NCBI GenBank assembly: GCA_964016885.1
Contig: OZ024740.1
Location: forward strand, 218,612,001 to 218,676,000
Direction: 5' to 3'
Source of the DNA: Eledone cirrhosa
Lineage: Eukaryota
Length of the DNA: 64,000 nucleotides
In this document: positions 29,415-42,961 of the stretch, in pieces
How positions within the stretch are numbered: the first letter of the stretch is position 1
Layout of the letters: each line of letters starts with the position of its first letter
Position numbers and translations under genes: made by a program
Notes under the pieces: generated by a model
Told to the model about the DNA's origin: nothing
The model's database searches: none
Seen by the model: only the letters and a program-made list of their open reading frames with translations

Positions 29415-29825
29415 GATGCTACACAGGAAGATTGAAGCCCAGAACTTATGATTACGAAGCCAACTTCTTACCCATTTAGCCACGCTGTCTCCACTGATAG
29501 AAACACACAAGACATACGATCAGTAAATTTACACAGATATGATAATATTTAGGCAGAATGATATTGTGTGCAGCTAAAAATAAACAGATATTTGATTTTA
29601 TATATATACTGCTAGTATATATATAAAATCAAGGGAGTGTAAACACAGAAAATATCTTAAAAAATAATAATAAATAATTAAATTCCAAAAAATTGACTGT
29701 ACTTACTATATGTGCCCTTACCACAGTTTCAACTATTGAACCACACTGGCATACGGACTATACTTGTATCTCTGTATGTATTAATTACATATAGGACACA
29801 TACTTTTATTATATATACATATACA

Positions 29826-29858
<33 letters not shown>

Positions 29859-29977
29859 TTATATTATGAATAAGCATATATATATATATGTGTATATTAT
29901 GTGTACATATATATATATATATATGGGTGTATGTATTAATTACATATAGGACACATTCTTTTATTATATATATACAT

Positions 29978-30020
<43 letters not shown>

Positions 30021-30159
30021 GAAGAAGTTTATGAAACGGAAATGCGGGTATAAAGAATATATTAGGTAACAATTGTTTCTATAGTGTGTGGGTTATATAT
30101 ATATATATATGTATATATATATTTATATTATGAATAAGCATATATATATATGTGTATAT

Positions 30160-30213
<54 letters not shown>

Positions 30214-31544
30214 TGTATCTTCTCACACACACATCTACACATACATACACACATGTCTACACACACACACACACTCTTTCTCTTTCACTCTCTCTTTCTC
30301 TCATCATACATGCTAAGTCTCATAGGAAATAGAGCAGAGTTCGTAAAACTGTAATAATTGATATCAGCAGAAATACCTGGTATATTGCATCTGAAGTAGA
30401 TTAAAATTATTGAGTTCTATCAGTACTGTTAGTACATTGAGGTGGGGTGGATAGCTGCAGTGAAGAGGAGGAGGGGGGATAGACGACAGAGAGAGAGGGA
30501 GGGAGAAGACAGGAAGAGAGAAGTTGTGTTGCAAAGAGGACGTGAAGGAAGGGGGGGGGTGCAAGAAGAAAAACCAATAAAGGAGGAGGAAGACCTTGAA
30601 ATGGAAAAAAAAGACAAGGGTGTAGAAAGGGAGAAAATGAGAGAGAGTGGGGGAGAGTGAGAGAAAGAACAGGTAGTGAGGGAGAGGGGGAAAGATTGCA
30701 TTGTAAGAATAGGAGAGAGAGTATGGGGCAGGGTGAGAGAAAGGAAAGTTAGGGAGGGAGAGGGGAGAGAGTGAGAGAAAGGAGAGGTAGGGAGGGAGAG
30801 AGGAGAGAGTGAAAGAAAGGGGGGGTTAGGGAGGGAGAGAGTAGGGAGAGTGAGAGAAAGGAGAACTAGGGAGAGTGGAGAGAATAAGAGAAAGGAAAGC
30901 TAGGGAGGGAGAGAGGGAAACATTGGGTTGTAAGGATAGGAGAGAGAGAAATGTTAATAAGGGAGAAGAAAGACCTCGAAGTAAAGTGTGTGGAGGGAGA
31001 GATGGGCCTAGAGATAAAGAGAAGATAGGAGAAAGGTGAAGGTTGAGAGAGAGAGTGGGAGTGGCTGTGCTTTGAAGGGGTGGGGAAGAGATGGAGAGGG
31101 GTGATATGGAATGGAGAAGGAAATAAAGGGACTGAGAGGGAAATGTGTGAGGTGGGAGAGGGGAAAATGTGGAGCTAGAAAGAAAATTGTGTGGAAAGAG
31201 AAGAGGTGTGGAATAGCAAAAAAAATACTTAAATTTTTTTTTAAATAATTAAGTATATAAAAAAAGGAATCGAAGGTAATTTGATTGGAATTGTAAGAAA
31301 TATAATGAAGAATGAGAAGGTATATGTGGTTGTTAATGAGGGAGGATGTAAAGTTATAGGAAATTAGCGTATTGAAGAGTGAAATGGGAGAAGGGAAGGA
31401 AGGAAGGAAAGTAGGGAGTGAGAGCGAGGGAGAGAAATGAAGAATAAAAATTAGAGAAGAGAAGAGAGAAGAGAGATGTAGTAATTAAAGAATGAATGAG
31501 AAAATTGGATAATAGTATAAAGTTCAGTGTAATGAATAATTGGA

Positions 31545-32615
31545 TGAGGGTGATGACTGTGGTGGTGGTGGTGATGGTGGTTGGTGGTGGTGGTGGTGAC
31601 AGTGTTGGTGGTGGTGGTGATGATGGTGACAGTGGTGGTGATGGTGTGATGATGATGGCTGTGGTGGTGGTGTTGGTGGTGGTGATGAGGTTGGTGTTGA
31701 CAGTGGTGGTGGTAGTGGTGGTAGTGGTGATGATGGTGACAGTGGTGGTGGTGGTGGTGGTGGTGGTGACAGTGTTGGTGGTGGTGGTGGTGATGATGGT
31801 GACAGTGGTGGTGATGGTTGTGGTGGTGGTGTTGGTGGTGGTGATGAGATTGGTGTTGACAGTGGTGGTGGTAGCAATGGTGATGGTGGTGGTGGTAGTG
31901 GTGGTGGTGGTGATGATGGTGACAGTGGTGGTGGTGGTGGTGACAGTGGTGGTGATGGTGATGATGATGGCTGTGGTGGTGGTAGCAATGGTGATAGTGG
32001 TGGTGGTGGTGGTGATGATGGTGACAGTGGTGGTGGTGACAGTGGTGGTGATGGTGATGATGATGGCTGTGGTGGTGGTGGTGTTGGTGGTGGTGGTGAT
32101 GATGATGGTGTTGACAGTGGTGGTGGTAGCAATGGTGATGGTAGTGGTGGTGGCTTTGATGACGATGATGGTGATGTTAGTGGTGGTGGTGGTTGTGGTG
32201 GTGATGATGATGGTAGTGGTGGTAGTGGTGATGAGGGTGATGATGATGATATTGATGACAGTGGTGGTGGTTTTGGTGGCAGTGATGGCGATAGTGGTGG
32301 TGATGATCATGATGATGATGATGATGGTGTTGACAGTGATGGTTGTGGTGGCAGTGATGCTGATGGTGGTGGTGATGAGTATGATGATGATGATGAGGAG
32401 GAGGAGGAGGAGGAGGACAATGGCAATGGTGGTGGTAGTGGCGATATGATGATGACAATAACAATGGTAGGGGTGATGATAATGAGCTTGGCAACAATGA
32501 TGATGCTGATGTAGAATGTTAATAGGGCTGATGATGATGATAGTGGTGGTGGTGGTGAGGGTGATTGTGATGATGTTGATGACATCAATAATGGCTATGA
32601 TGATGGTGACAATGA
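31545..32615. repeat. (GGT/GAT)n array with recurring gacagt variants
   Basis: Direct observation. Confidence 0.96.
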
Positions 32616-32859
32616 CGGTTTATATTATTGGTACAAGGCCAGACATTTCGAAGGAAGTGCTACACTTCAGGAAATTGTGCACCATTACATCAACTCATGC
32701 ATATTTTATCAAGCAGCAAAATCTTCCACAAATTCACACCCTACTGTCTTAACCCTTATGATACTAACACAGTCAAAACCAACTCTTGTTCTAGCAAACA
32801 AAACCACCCAATTTTAAAGGGTTCCTATTTAAATTAAAATCTTTCAACAATATTTTATA

Positions 32860-33326
32860 CTAGCAGTGGTACCCGGCGTTGCACGGGATAAGGTATTGTG
32901 AAATATATAACCGCCTTAACTAAGCTTAGTATTGCCACAACCACGGCTGGCAAAGAAGTAAGGGTCTGGTGGTACGTAAGTAAGCAACACTGTGGCTTAA
33001 AACGTGAGGAAGAAGTTGTGTGCACTTACCAACTGTTTGGGGAATGAGTGTGAGATTTGTCTTGAGCAAGGTTGGCAGAATAACCGGAGGCAGCGGACAG
33101 CCAGACATACAGACAGATATTATAAGGGCACAACGTTATATATATGTATCTATCTAAAAAGAGAAAGACTAAGAATTATAGAGAGTGATCGCTAAATCAC
33201 CTAATGCGGTGAAACATAGGTATTACATGTGTAAAGTTTGAAAACAGTCGGTTGGGTGCTTCTCTACTTTTAGGGATTCAAACTCACACACACACAGACA
33301 GGCATCCTCAGTTTTATATATATAGA
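32860..33326 (-). mobile_element. Non-autonomous Helitron
   Basis: Minus strand A|TCTATATATATAAAA ... CCCGTGCAACGCCGGG hairpin ... CTAG|T; shares an internal segment (33097-33180) with 60923-61000. Confidence 0.85.
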
Positions 33327-33499
33327 TAAGAACTATATGTTAAGTTACTGTCTTAGTAATGGAAAAAATAAATAATTTCAGTAAACCCCTCAAAATTGAT
33401 TAACAGAAATACAGTGTGTTTAATTCTAAATATTGTTATGAACGGTTATTAAAAAGACATGTTGGATAATGTGGCCCTGAGTTCTCTGTATTACAGAAA

Positions 33500-33915
33500 A
33501 TAATTGTTTCTAATTTTGGCACAAGGCCAGCAATTACCCAGTGTATTACTGGTACTTTATTTTATCGACCCCATAAGGATGAAAGGCAAAGTTAACCTCG
33601 GCGGGATTTGAACTCAGAATGGCAAGGGCCGTAACTCTATATGTCAAAGCATGGCGTCTGACCGGCTACTAATACTGCCAATCCACCGCCTGAAAATAAT
33701 ATTACAGAATAATAGTATTACAGAAAATAATTGTTTCTACTTTAGGCACAAGGCCAGCAATTCACCAGTACATTACTGGTACTTTATTTTATCGACCCCG
33801 TAAGGGTGAAAGGCAAAGTCAACCTCGGCGGGATTTGAACTCAGACCGTAAAGGGACGTAATTGTGCTAGAAAGCATGGCGTCCAACCCTCTACCGATAC
33901 TGCCAATTCACTGCC
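33500..33915 (-). mobile_element. Two SINE family A copies
   Basis: Family match; flanked by repeated tattacagaaaataat. Confidence 0.88.
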
Positions 33916-34896
33916 CTTATAATAGTATTACAGAAAATAATGCAGGATGGTTACAGTAATGTTAGAATATATTTTCCATAGAGTTCTTCTTACTGTGTAT
34001 GTAACCAATCTCTCTGACTTTTACAATGTGCTGAGGGAATAACATTAGTATAATATGTACTCCATCCTCCCACTTCCACCCACACCACCTTTTCTCTGTA
34101 AAGTTATGTTCATACCACAGGATCATCCAATCCACACTGTAAAGCGGTCGAGTAGTATACACGGTAAAAAGGCTCCCAGTCCACACTGTAAAAGTGGTTG
34201 GTGTTAGGAAGGGCATCCAGCTGTAGAAAACCTGCCAGTAACAGTTTTATACGAGTGAGACATGGTCACCTGATCAATCTTGCCTCAAGTGGGACAAACC
34301 CGTCCAACCCATGCTAGTGGGGAAGATGGACGTTAAACGATGATGATGCTGATGTGGATAAAGAATGATGTGTTTATGCATGGAAATGCTATAAAATAGC
34401 TTATAAAATAGGGTGAAGACTCTAAGAGATGGAAAAAGAATTTGCCATTGACTGTTATGAGGAACCGAACCCAGTACCGGCCAATCTTTGAAGGTCTTCA
34501 CCCTATTTTATAAGTTATTTTATATCATCTCCAGGCATGAGCACACTACTCATTATTTTAGTATTCTTCTTACTATTTCAATATATCTATACGTGATTAA
34601 ATAATTTTTGAATTTTTGAAGAACCTATAGAACTCAATACTATAACACCTAGGGAAATTTTGATTTTAACTCCATCTAGGTATCTTGCTGTGTTGAAAAC
34701 AGATATTTATATATTCCTATATCCATATTCGTTGATATTCTCTATGATTATTGAAATACATTATAAAATGAATCAAATGACTTAATTCCACTTAAGCCCT
34801 TGGTTTGCTATATATATATATATAGCAAACCAAGGGCTTAGGTGGAATTAAGTCATTTCATACATACATACATACATACATACATACATACATACA

Positions 34897-35112
34897 ACCC
34901 GTTTGGACCAAAGTATGACTGAACTTGAATTTGCGGACAAAGAGCGCAGCTCCCTAATTCATAGTCTACAAATGGCTGCAATAGCTGGCACCTTCAAAAT
35001 TTGCAAAACATTCTTGCGGTTCAAGGGATGACAATTTCTTTTCTTTTACAACCTTGCCACCAGGAAGGTGGCCGGTCAAAAAAATATACTCGAAATTAAG
35101 AGAAAGAGATAA
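34897..35112 (+). mobile_element. Probable REL-type (R4/NeSL-like) LINE 3' end inserted in (TACA)n
   Basis: Peptide LIHSLQMAAIAGTFKICKTFLRFKG*; (TACA)n on both sides. Confidence 0.6.
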
Positions 35113-35262
35113 CATACATACATACATACATACGTGTCTATGTGTGTGTGAGTGATTGGGATTTTATCTGAGTGCTATTTAAATTATTAATTGTTCGATT
35201 GCTTAGTTGATTGGTTCTGTGTACAGGCACTGCATTTATCTCTATAGAAACAATTGTTGAAA

Positions 35263-36208
35263 TCATCATCATCATCCTCGTTTAACGTCCACTTTCCACG
35301 CTAGCATGGGTTAGACGGGAGTTGTCCCACTTCAGGCAAGGTTGGTCGGGTGACCGTATCTCGCTCATATAGGACTATCTGGCAGGTTTCCTACGGCTGG
35401 ATGCCCTTCCTAATACCAACCACATTTACAGTGTGGAACTAGGAACTTTTTACCGTGTTACCTACACGACCACATTACAGCGTGGACTGTGTGTTTTTTT
35501 CTCGTGACACCTACACGATCTCGATCTCGATCTCATTTATTTGGACTGGATGTTGTGGTACCAACTTTATAGAGAGAGGGTGGTGTTGGTGGGAGTGGGA
35601 GGATAGGGTAGGGGTAGTGGATTGGGGTGTATATTTGGTTAAGAGGTGCCTATTGACTGTAGGTTTCGATTTGTACATAGGCAAGGCGGGTCTTCTGTAT
35701 TACTGCGTAGCACCAAAGATCTCGGTCCAGTGACATTGTCTTAGAGAGGTGCAAGTGTGTAAGGTCGGAATTTATCAGATCGTTCCAGGTTTTCTGGGTC
35801 TACCTACTCCGTAACTACCATCAATTTTGATCGCCCTGCACTTTTTTATACAGTTGTCGTCTTTCATGCGCATCACGTGGCCATACCAACGTAGTCTTCT
35901 CTCGAGTAAACAGCATCTGATCCCTCTTATTCCTAATTTCTCACTTAGTTCATTTATGCTTTGCCGTTCACGTATATTACTATTACACATCCAGCGGAGC
36001 ATGCAAGCTTCATTCCTCTCCAGTCTGCGTATATCCTCTGCACACAATGCCCATGTCTCACTGCCATGTAGCATTGCTGTTCGTATACAAGCATCATACA
36101 ATCTGCCTTTCATTTTTAGAGAGAAACCTTTTGTGGCCAACAGCGGTATAAGCTCTCTGAATTTTTCCATGCCGTTCTGACTCTGGCTACTGTACTTTCA
36201 GAACACCC
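35263..36208 (-). mobile_element. RTE 3' fragment
   Basis: ORF KFRELIPLLATKGFSL..GRPRK with 3' UTR and tail. Confidence 0.92.
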
Positions 36209-36411
36209 TATTTGAATAACAACCTTGGTTTTCATTTTGTATTAATCATTTATCCTCTACAGCTTTCACTGTCTTCAATTACCAATTTCTTAACCGTTTC
36301 GAGTACACATTTGACTTGAATTCCTGTATGCTGCTCACTCTAATAATGCACCATACCAAAAATAATAGTGGGTTATTCCACTTTAATCATATCTATGTAT
36401 GTGTGTGTGTA

Positions 36412-36550
<139 letters not shown>

Positions 36551-36787
36551 ATATATTTAATATAGAAATGGCTTCTACAGGACTAGAACTGTTTCATTCG
36601 AAGGATATTTATACTCTGCTATATATTGAGTACCTTACTTACTGTGGTTACTCCAGATTGAACCCTGGATACACACTCACACATATATACATACATATAT
36701 ATATATATATGCTAATAATAGTATTTATACTTATATATGAGTTATATATAATTATAAATATGAAAGGGTAGTATGCTGCACTAGTAC

Positions 36788-36832
36788 GCTCCGATGATTC
36801 CAGACAATTGTCTGGAAGAAACGATCGTCAGC
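36788..36832 (+). ncRNA. Type I hammerhead motif, U4C core variant
   Basis: gct-CCGATGA-ttccagacaattgtctggaa-GAAA-cgatcg-TC-agc; stem I only 3 bp. Confidence 0.7.
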
Positions 36833-36874
36833 AATTAAATGTATTAAGCAAAAATTTTATTGTTTTATATTTTG

Positions 36875-36907
<33 letters not shown>

Positions 36908-37119
36908 TTATATTATGAATTAAACACTTTTATATTTTGTATATATATATATATATATTTATATTATGAATTAAACACTTTTATATTTTGTATATATATA
37001 TATATATATATAGTTATGTAATAAACAACATAAGGCAATTATTTCATTTACCAGTGGTTTCTTAAATGCAAAAAAATGTATATATATATATATATTTATA
37101 TATTTATATTATGAATTAA

Positions 37120-37312
37120 GGGCGGTGGATTGGCAGTATCGGTAGAGGGTCGGACGCCATGCTTTGCAGCATAGAGTTACGGCCCTTTATGGTCTGAGTT
37201 CAAATCCCGCCGAGGTTAACTTTGCCTTTCATCCTTACGGGGGTCGATAAAATAAAGTACCAGTAATACACTGGGATAATTGCTGGCCTTGTGCCTAAAG
37301 TAGAAACAATTA
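37120..37312 (+). mobile_element. tRNA-derived SINE family A, full copy
   Basis: A box TGGCAGTATCGG, B box GTTCAAATCC, central gcctttcatccttacggggtcgataaa domain, ATT tail, TSD ttatgaattaa. Confidence 0.9.
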
Positions 37313-37595
37313 TGAATTAAACACTGAATCTTTAGTGCAATAATAATAAATTAGTTCTGTTTATATATAGTGCTATTCTATTTTGTTGACTCTCCTGCTA
37401 TATATAGTGCCCTTGTGACAAATCAAGAAATATATATATATCATCATCACCATATATATATATATATATATATATCAGTCAACAAAATAGAATAGCACTA
37501 TATATAAACAGAACTAATTTATTATTATTGCACTAAAGATTCAGTGTTTAATTCATAATTGTTTCTACTTTAGGCACAAGCCAGCTTATATATAT

Positions 37596-37820
37596 GTGAA
37601 GGCGTGTGGCTGAGTGGTTAGAGAACTGGATTCGCAATCTTGAGGTTGTGAGTTCGATTCTCGGATAGGGCGATGCGTTATGTCCTTGAGCAAGACATTT
37701 TATTTCACTTCACGTTGCTCCTTCTACCTGGAGTTGCGACCGATAGATAGTATTAGCAATTGGAAAGACCAATGGAAACAATGTTTCCTCGGTCTGATTT
37801 GACGAAAGTCAATCGTTCCT
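37596..37820 (+). mobile_element. tRNA-derived SINE family C
   Basis: tRNA head plus distinct 3' part ending in a GAC-GAAA-GTC hairpin; second copy at ~53473-53688. Confidence 0.78.
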
Positions 37821-40184
37821 TTAATATATATATATATATATATATATGACATGCTTCTACACATTCTGTCTACCAAATTTCACTCAGAAGGTGATGTGGG
37901 TCAATCCAAGAACAGAGTAGAAGACACTCAAGGTGCCACACAGTGGGAATGAAACCAAGAAACCATGTGGTTACAAAGCAAGCACTTTAATCACAGAGCC
38001 AATGTCAAGAAATATTACAGTCCACTGTTCCACAGATTCTACCATTTACCACCATCTTGTATTATCTAAATTATATCTAGTATTGGCACAATGCCATATT
38101 GTGGGAGAGTGCATATGTAGACAGATCTAATCATCTCCAGTATTTGACTGGAAATCATTTTATAAAAGACAGAGGGAGTGTGGGGAGGGGAGGGTGGGAA
38201 AAAGAAAGTGAGAGAGAAATAAAGGGAGGCAATTGAAAAGTTAGGGTAAGCAAGATTTTAACACACTGATCACTGGTCCCATAACTCTTAATGGAATCAT
38301 AGGGATACTATCATACACTGTGTCTTGGGCATTTTAAACATGTTAGAGCCCATACCTCTCCAGATTTAACCACAGCTGACTTTCTCCAGAGAGAGAAAGA
38401 GAGAGATGAGACATTGACCCCAGTACTGAACTGGCATTTTACTTATCGACCCTGAAAGGATGAAAGGCAAAGTTGACCTTGTTGGGATTTGAACTCAGAA
38501 TGCAGAAAGCATTTTATCTGTCACCCAAACAACTCAGCCAATTTAATGCTCACTTTTTTTTTTACCAGAAAGGAGAGGATTTTTACACAGAACATAAAGA
38601 AACATCACTAAATACAACAACAAACATTTTAAAGCCATTTTCTCTGTTAAAACAGGAGTTAGCCTGGCATGGAAGGAGACCATAATATATTAATTTATGA
38701 GTATACAAGTGTATTAGGGCCATATTTTCTTGTTAAACTAAAGTTTAGCTTTGCAGGAACCATGACAAGTTTCTACATATATTTTGTCCTATTCGCCACA
38801 TCTCTGCTCACCAACTTTCATTTCCTCCTCCATCATCTTTAGTCATGTCTTTCTTGGTCTTCCCCTTCCTCCTTCTACTTCCCTCCACACTTATTTTCAT
38901 CCCCTCTACCTCTCATTCAGTCTCTCTATATTGTGTATGATTAAATCACTAAATACTTCAAGGTATTCTATCCTGTGCTGTAAATATTGTTCCTCATTAC
39001 CCTTAATCATAATAATATGAACTTCTTACATGGCATAAAGCCACATTTGTAGGAATAAGAGAAGTTAATTGCAGTGACCTCAGTAATTGATTCAAATAGG
39101 TTTTGTTGAGCCCAGTGTGATGAATGGTAATGTCCACCTTGGCAAAATTTTATTTCAAAATGTAAAGAGCCATAATTAAATGTACAAAGTATTTAGTAAG
39201 GGTAATGGTGGACAGAATCTACTGCTCTGATAATATTGATGAAAATGATAATAGTTTCTTAGATTTTTTTAAATGTTTAGTCAGGGAGGGAAGGACAGAG
39301 CTTATTATCCTTTTCAGGGCTTTTGAGACCGGTGATGGTGGGGGGGGGGGGGTATTTTCAAACTAGAGACCTCGTCCAAATGTTTACACCTGAACTGATT
39401 CTGCTAAAGTCACTCAGTGCCCAAGTAGTGGTGTTAAACTGGTAATGGATTAAATCTACCACCCAAGTAGACCACAGTAGAATTTAAACAGACAAAAAAG
39501 TCAGAACAAATACCATAAGATATCTCATATGATTCACCAACAATTCTGACAAACCATCAACCTGTAATGGTACTTTATTTATAAGCAAGTACACTCTATA
39601 AAGTGGTTGACAATTGAAGGAAGAAAACCTAGGGCATAGAGGATCCTTTAGTCACGTCGAAGACTTGACAACTTCTCTAGTCTTTGTGCCATGACAAAAT
39701 ACACCCAGTACATTCTGGCAAACTGGTTGGTATCAGGAAGGGGATCCAATTGTAGAAACCATGCTGAAAATGGACTGTATGCGAGAAGTTTTCGCCCGAC
39801 ACCTGTAGGAGGGCAATAACTCCAAAAAAGAAGTGGCCAGCATGTAAAATGAACATTAAATTATGATGGTTTTTTTTCTTCTCAATCTTTAATGCACACA
39901 TTCCATTTTGTTGAAAACAAATAATATGCTTTAACGTTTTTAAATTAAGTGCCATTGATTTTTGTGATATTGTTGATGCTGTCAATAATTGCATTAGAGT
40001 CATTAAATTTTTGTATTTAAACTTACATCATTTGAAAGAATAACATATTCTCCTGCTATTTCATATCAGGTTTGAATTGTAAGAGATTAAATAAATGGAT
40101 ATAATTAATGTTTAATCATTAGTATACCCATGTATCATTAAATCAAGTAACACAACTGTATTTATTTATATATATATATATATG

Positions 40185-41507
40185 AGCCCAGCTCACACTG
40201 TAAAGTGGTCGTGTAGGTGACATGACAAAAAGTACCCAGCCCACACTGTAAAGTGGTCGTGTAGGTGACATGACAAGAAGTACCCAGCTTACACTGTAAA
40301 ATGGTCGTGTAGGTGACATGACAAAAAGTACCCAGCTTACACTGTAAAGTGGTCGTGTAGGTGACATGACAAAAAGTGTCCAGGCCACACTGTAAAGTGG
40401 TCGTGTAGGTGACATGACAAAAAGTACCCAGCTCACACTGTAAAGTGGTCGTGTAGGTGACATGACAAAAAGTACCCAGCCCACACTGTAAAGTGGGCGG
40501 AGGTGGTGAGAGCAGACCATAGATCACTGAAGCTCACGGAGGAGATGACAAAGGACCGTGATAAATGGGGAGACGCCGTGCTTAATAAGACCCGTCCCAC
40601 CCTTGCAAGCAGGGAAAATCGGACATAAAAATGATGATGATGATGATGATGATGATGATATATATGCCCAGCCCACATTGTAAAGTAGTCGTATAGGTGA
40701 TACAACAAAAAGTGCCCAGCTCACTCTGTAAAGTTGTTGTGTAGGTTTCACAACAGAAAGCACCCAGTACACACTGTAAATGTGGTTGGTGTTGGGAAGG
40801 GCATCCTGCTGTGGAAACCAAGCCGGAATCAGTTCTTTATGAACAAGACATAGTCATCTGATCTGGCTTGTCATACAATGGGACAACTTGTCTAACCCAT
40901 GCTAGCATGGAAAAATGGACATTAAACAGCAATGATGGTGATGATGATATATAAATATGTATATATATGAATCATCATCATTTTAATATCCACTTTCCCT
41001 GCTGGCAAGGGTTGGATACTGTCAGTACTGAAGCAGGGCTATTGGTCTCCTAGACAAGCCAGGGATCTGTTTCTTGTTTATGTATGGTCTCACATTCTAC
41101 CGAGTGCACAGGAAAGGTTGACACAACTGAGGATCTTACCAACACTTTGTTTGCTAAACTTTCTACAGTTGGATGCCCTTTTTATCACCAACCACATTTC
41201 AACATGTACTGGGCACATTTATCATGTAGGTCACCAATACAAGGGAGGCAAGCTTTCTTTGATTTGATGTGCGACACAACAGTCCACACTGTAAGGTAGC
41301 CGTGTAGGAGACATGGTGAAAAGGCTCCCAGTCCGCACTGTAAATGTGGCTGGTGTTAGGAAGGGCATCCAGCTGTAAAAAACCTGCCAGAGACGCTTCC
41401 GTGCGAGCGAGACATGATCTCCGCATCAAATGGACAAAACCGTCTAACCCATGCTAGCGTGGAAGATGGACGTTAAATGATGATGATGATGATGATGATG
41501 GTGATAA

Positions 41508-41557
<50 letters not shown>

Positions 41558-42220
41558 CAAAGTGCAGGGCAATAAAGATAGACGGTAGCCACGGAGTAGG
41601 CAGACCCAGAAACACCTGGGACGGGCTGATAAATACCGACCTCACACTCTTACACCTCTCCAAGACAATGTCACTGGACCGAGACCTTTGGCGGTACTCA
41701 GTAATAGAGAAGACCCGCCTTACCTAAATACAAAGTAAAACCTACTACAGCCAGTAGGCATCTCTAACAAAATACACCCCCGTCCCACCCCATCCACACC
41801 GCTCCTTCAATGTAAAGTTATGTTGGTGCCACAACATCCAGGCCGAAACAAATGAGATCGTGTAGGTGTCGCGACAAAAAAACACACAGTCCACGCTGTA
41901 AATGTGGCCGTGTAGGCAACACGGTAAAAACCTCCCAGCCCCACACTGTAAATGTGGTTGGTGTTAGGAAGGGCATCCAGCTGTAGAAAACCCGCCAGAC
42001 AGTCCACGCTGTAATGTGGCCGTGTAGGCAACACGGTAAAAACCTCCCAGCCCCACACTGTAAATGTGGTTGGTGTTAGGAAGGGCATCCAACTGTAGAA
42101 AACCTGCCAGACAGTCCTATGCGAGCAAGACAATCACTCTTGCCTCAAGTGGGAAAACCCCCGTCCAAACCCATGCAAGCGTGGAACACGGACGTCAAAC
42201 GTTGATGATGATGATGATGA
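40185..42220 (+). mobile_element. Cluster of RTE 3' ends and 3'-UTR modules
   Basis: Repeated cactgtaaa..gtgttaggaagggcatccagctgtagaaa modules and (GAT)n tails; RT C-terminal piece at 41558-41727. Confidence 0.85.
40187..40497 (+). repeat. 48-bp tandem repeat, ~6.5 copies, derived from the RTE 3' UTR
   Basis: Unit cccagctcacactgtaaagtggtcgtgtaggtgacatgacaaaaagta. Confidence 0.92.
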
Positions 42221-42961
42221 TATATATATATATATAATTGGTGTTGGATGCTTAAAGCATCCGTATGAGCACTCGATGCCCTTGTAGAGCAGAGTATGAT
42301 AGCACAGATAAAAGAGAATCAGTGTTGCGACGAAAGGAATTTATTGGACATACAAAAATTGTTTCTCGGGCGACCAGCTCGAGGCACGATCGATATGGTG
42401 TACAAACCTGACTCTGAAGTCGCGTGGTCCTCGGATACGTCTCGATTCTATATATATATATATATCAATATATATATATATATATATATATCATTGTAAT
42501 CATTTCACATCTACTTTCACGGGTAGGGTAGGTTGGCAGGATATGGGATCACATCTCACACATACATTCTATTTTTGGCATGGTTTCTATAACTAGATAC
42601 CCTTCCTAACACCATATCATCATCATCATCATCATCATCGTTTAACGTCCATCTTCCACGCTTGCATCGGTTTGGACGGGAGTTTTCCCACTTGAGGCAA
42701 GAGTGGTTGTCCTGCTCGCATAGGACTGTCTGGCGGGTTTTCTACAGCTGGATGCCCTTCCTAACACCAACCACGTTTACAGTGTGGGGCTGGGAGGTTT
42801 TTACCGTGTTACCTACACGATCTCATTTGTTTCGGACTGGATGTTGTGGTACCAGCATAACTTTACATTGAAAGGGGTGGTATGGATGGGGTGTGGGTAG
42901 TGGGACGGGGGTGTATTTTTGTTAGAGGTGCCTACTGACTGTAGTAGGTTTTACTATGTAT

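Noticed and set aside
29710-29745. Minus-strand GAAACTGTGGTAAGGGC (and GAAACGGTTA near 36295) as hammerhead 3' halves
   Set aside because: No CUGANGA upstream; insufficient evidence
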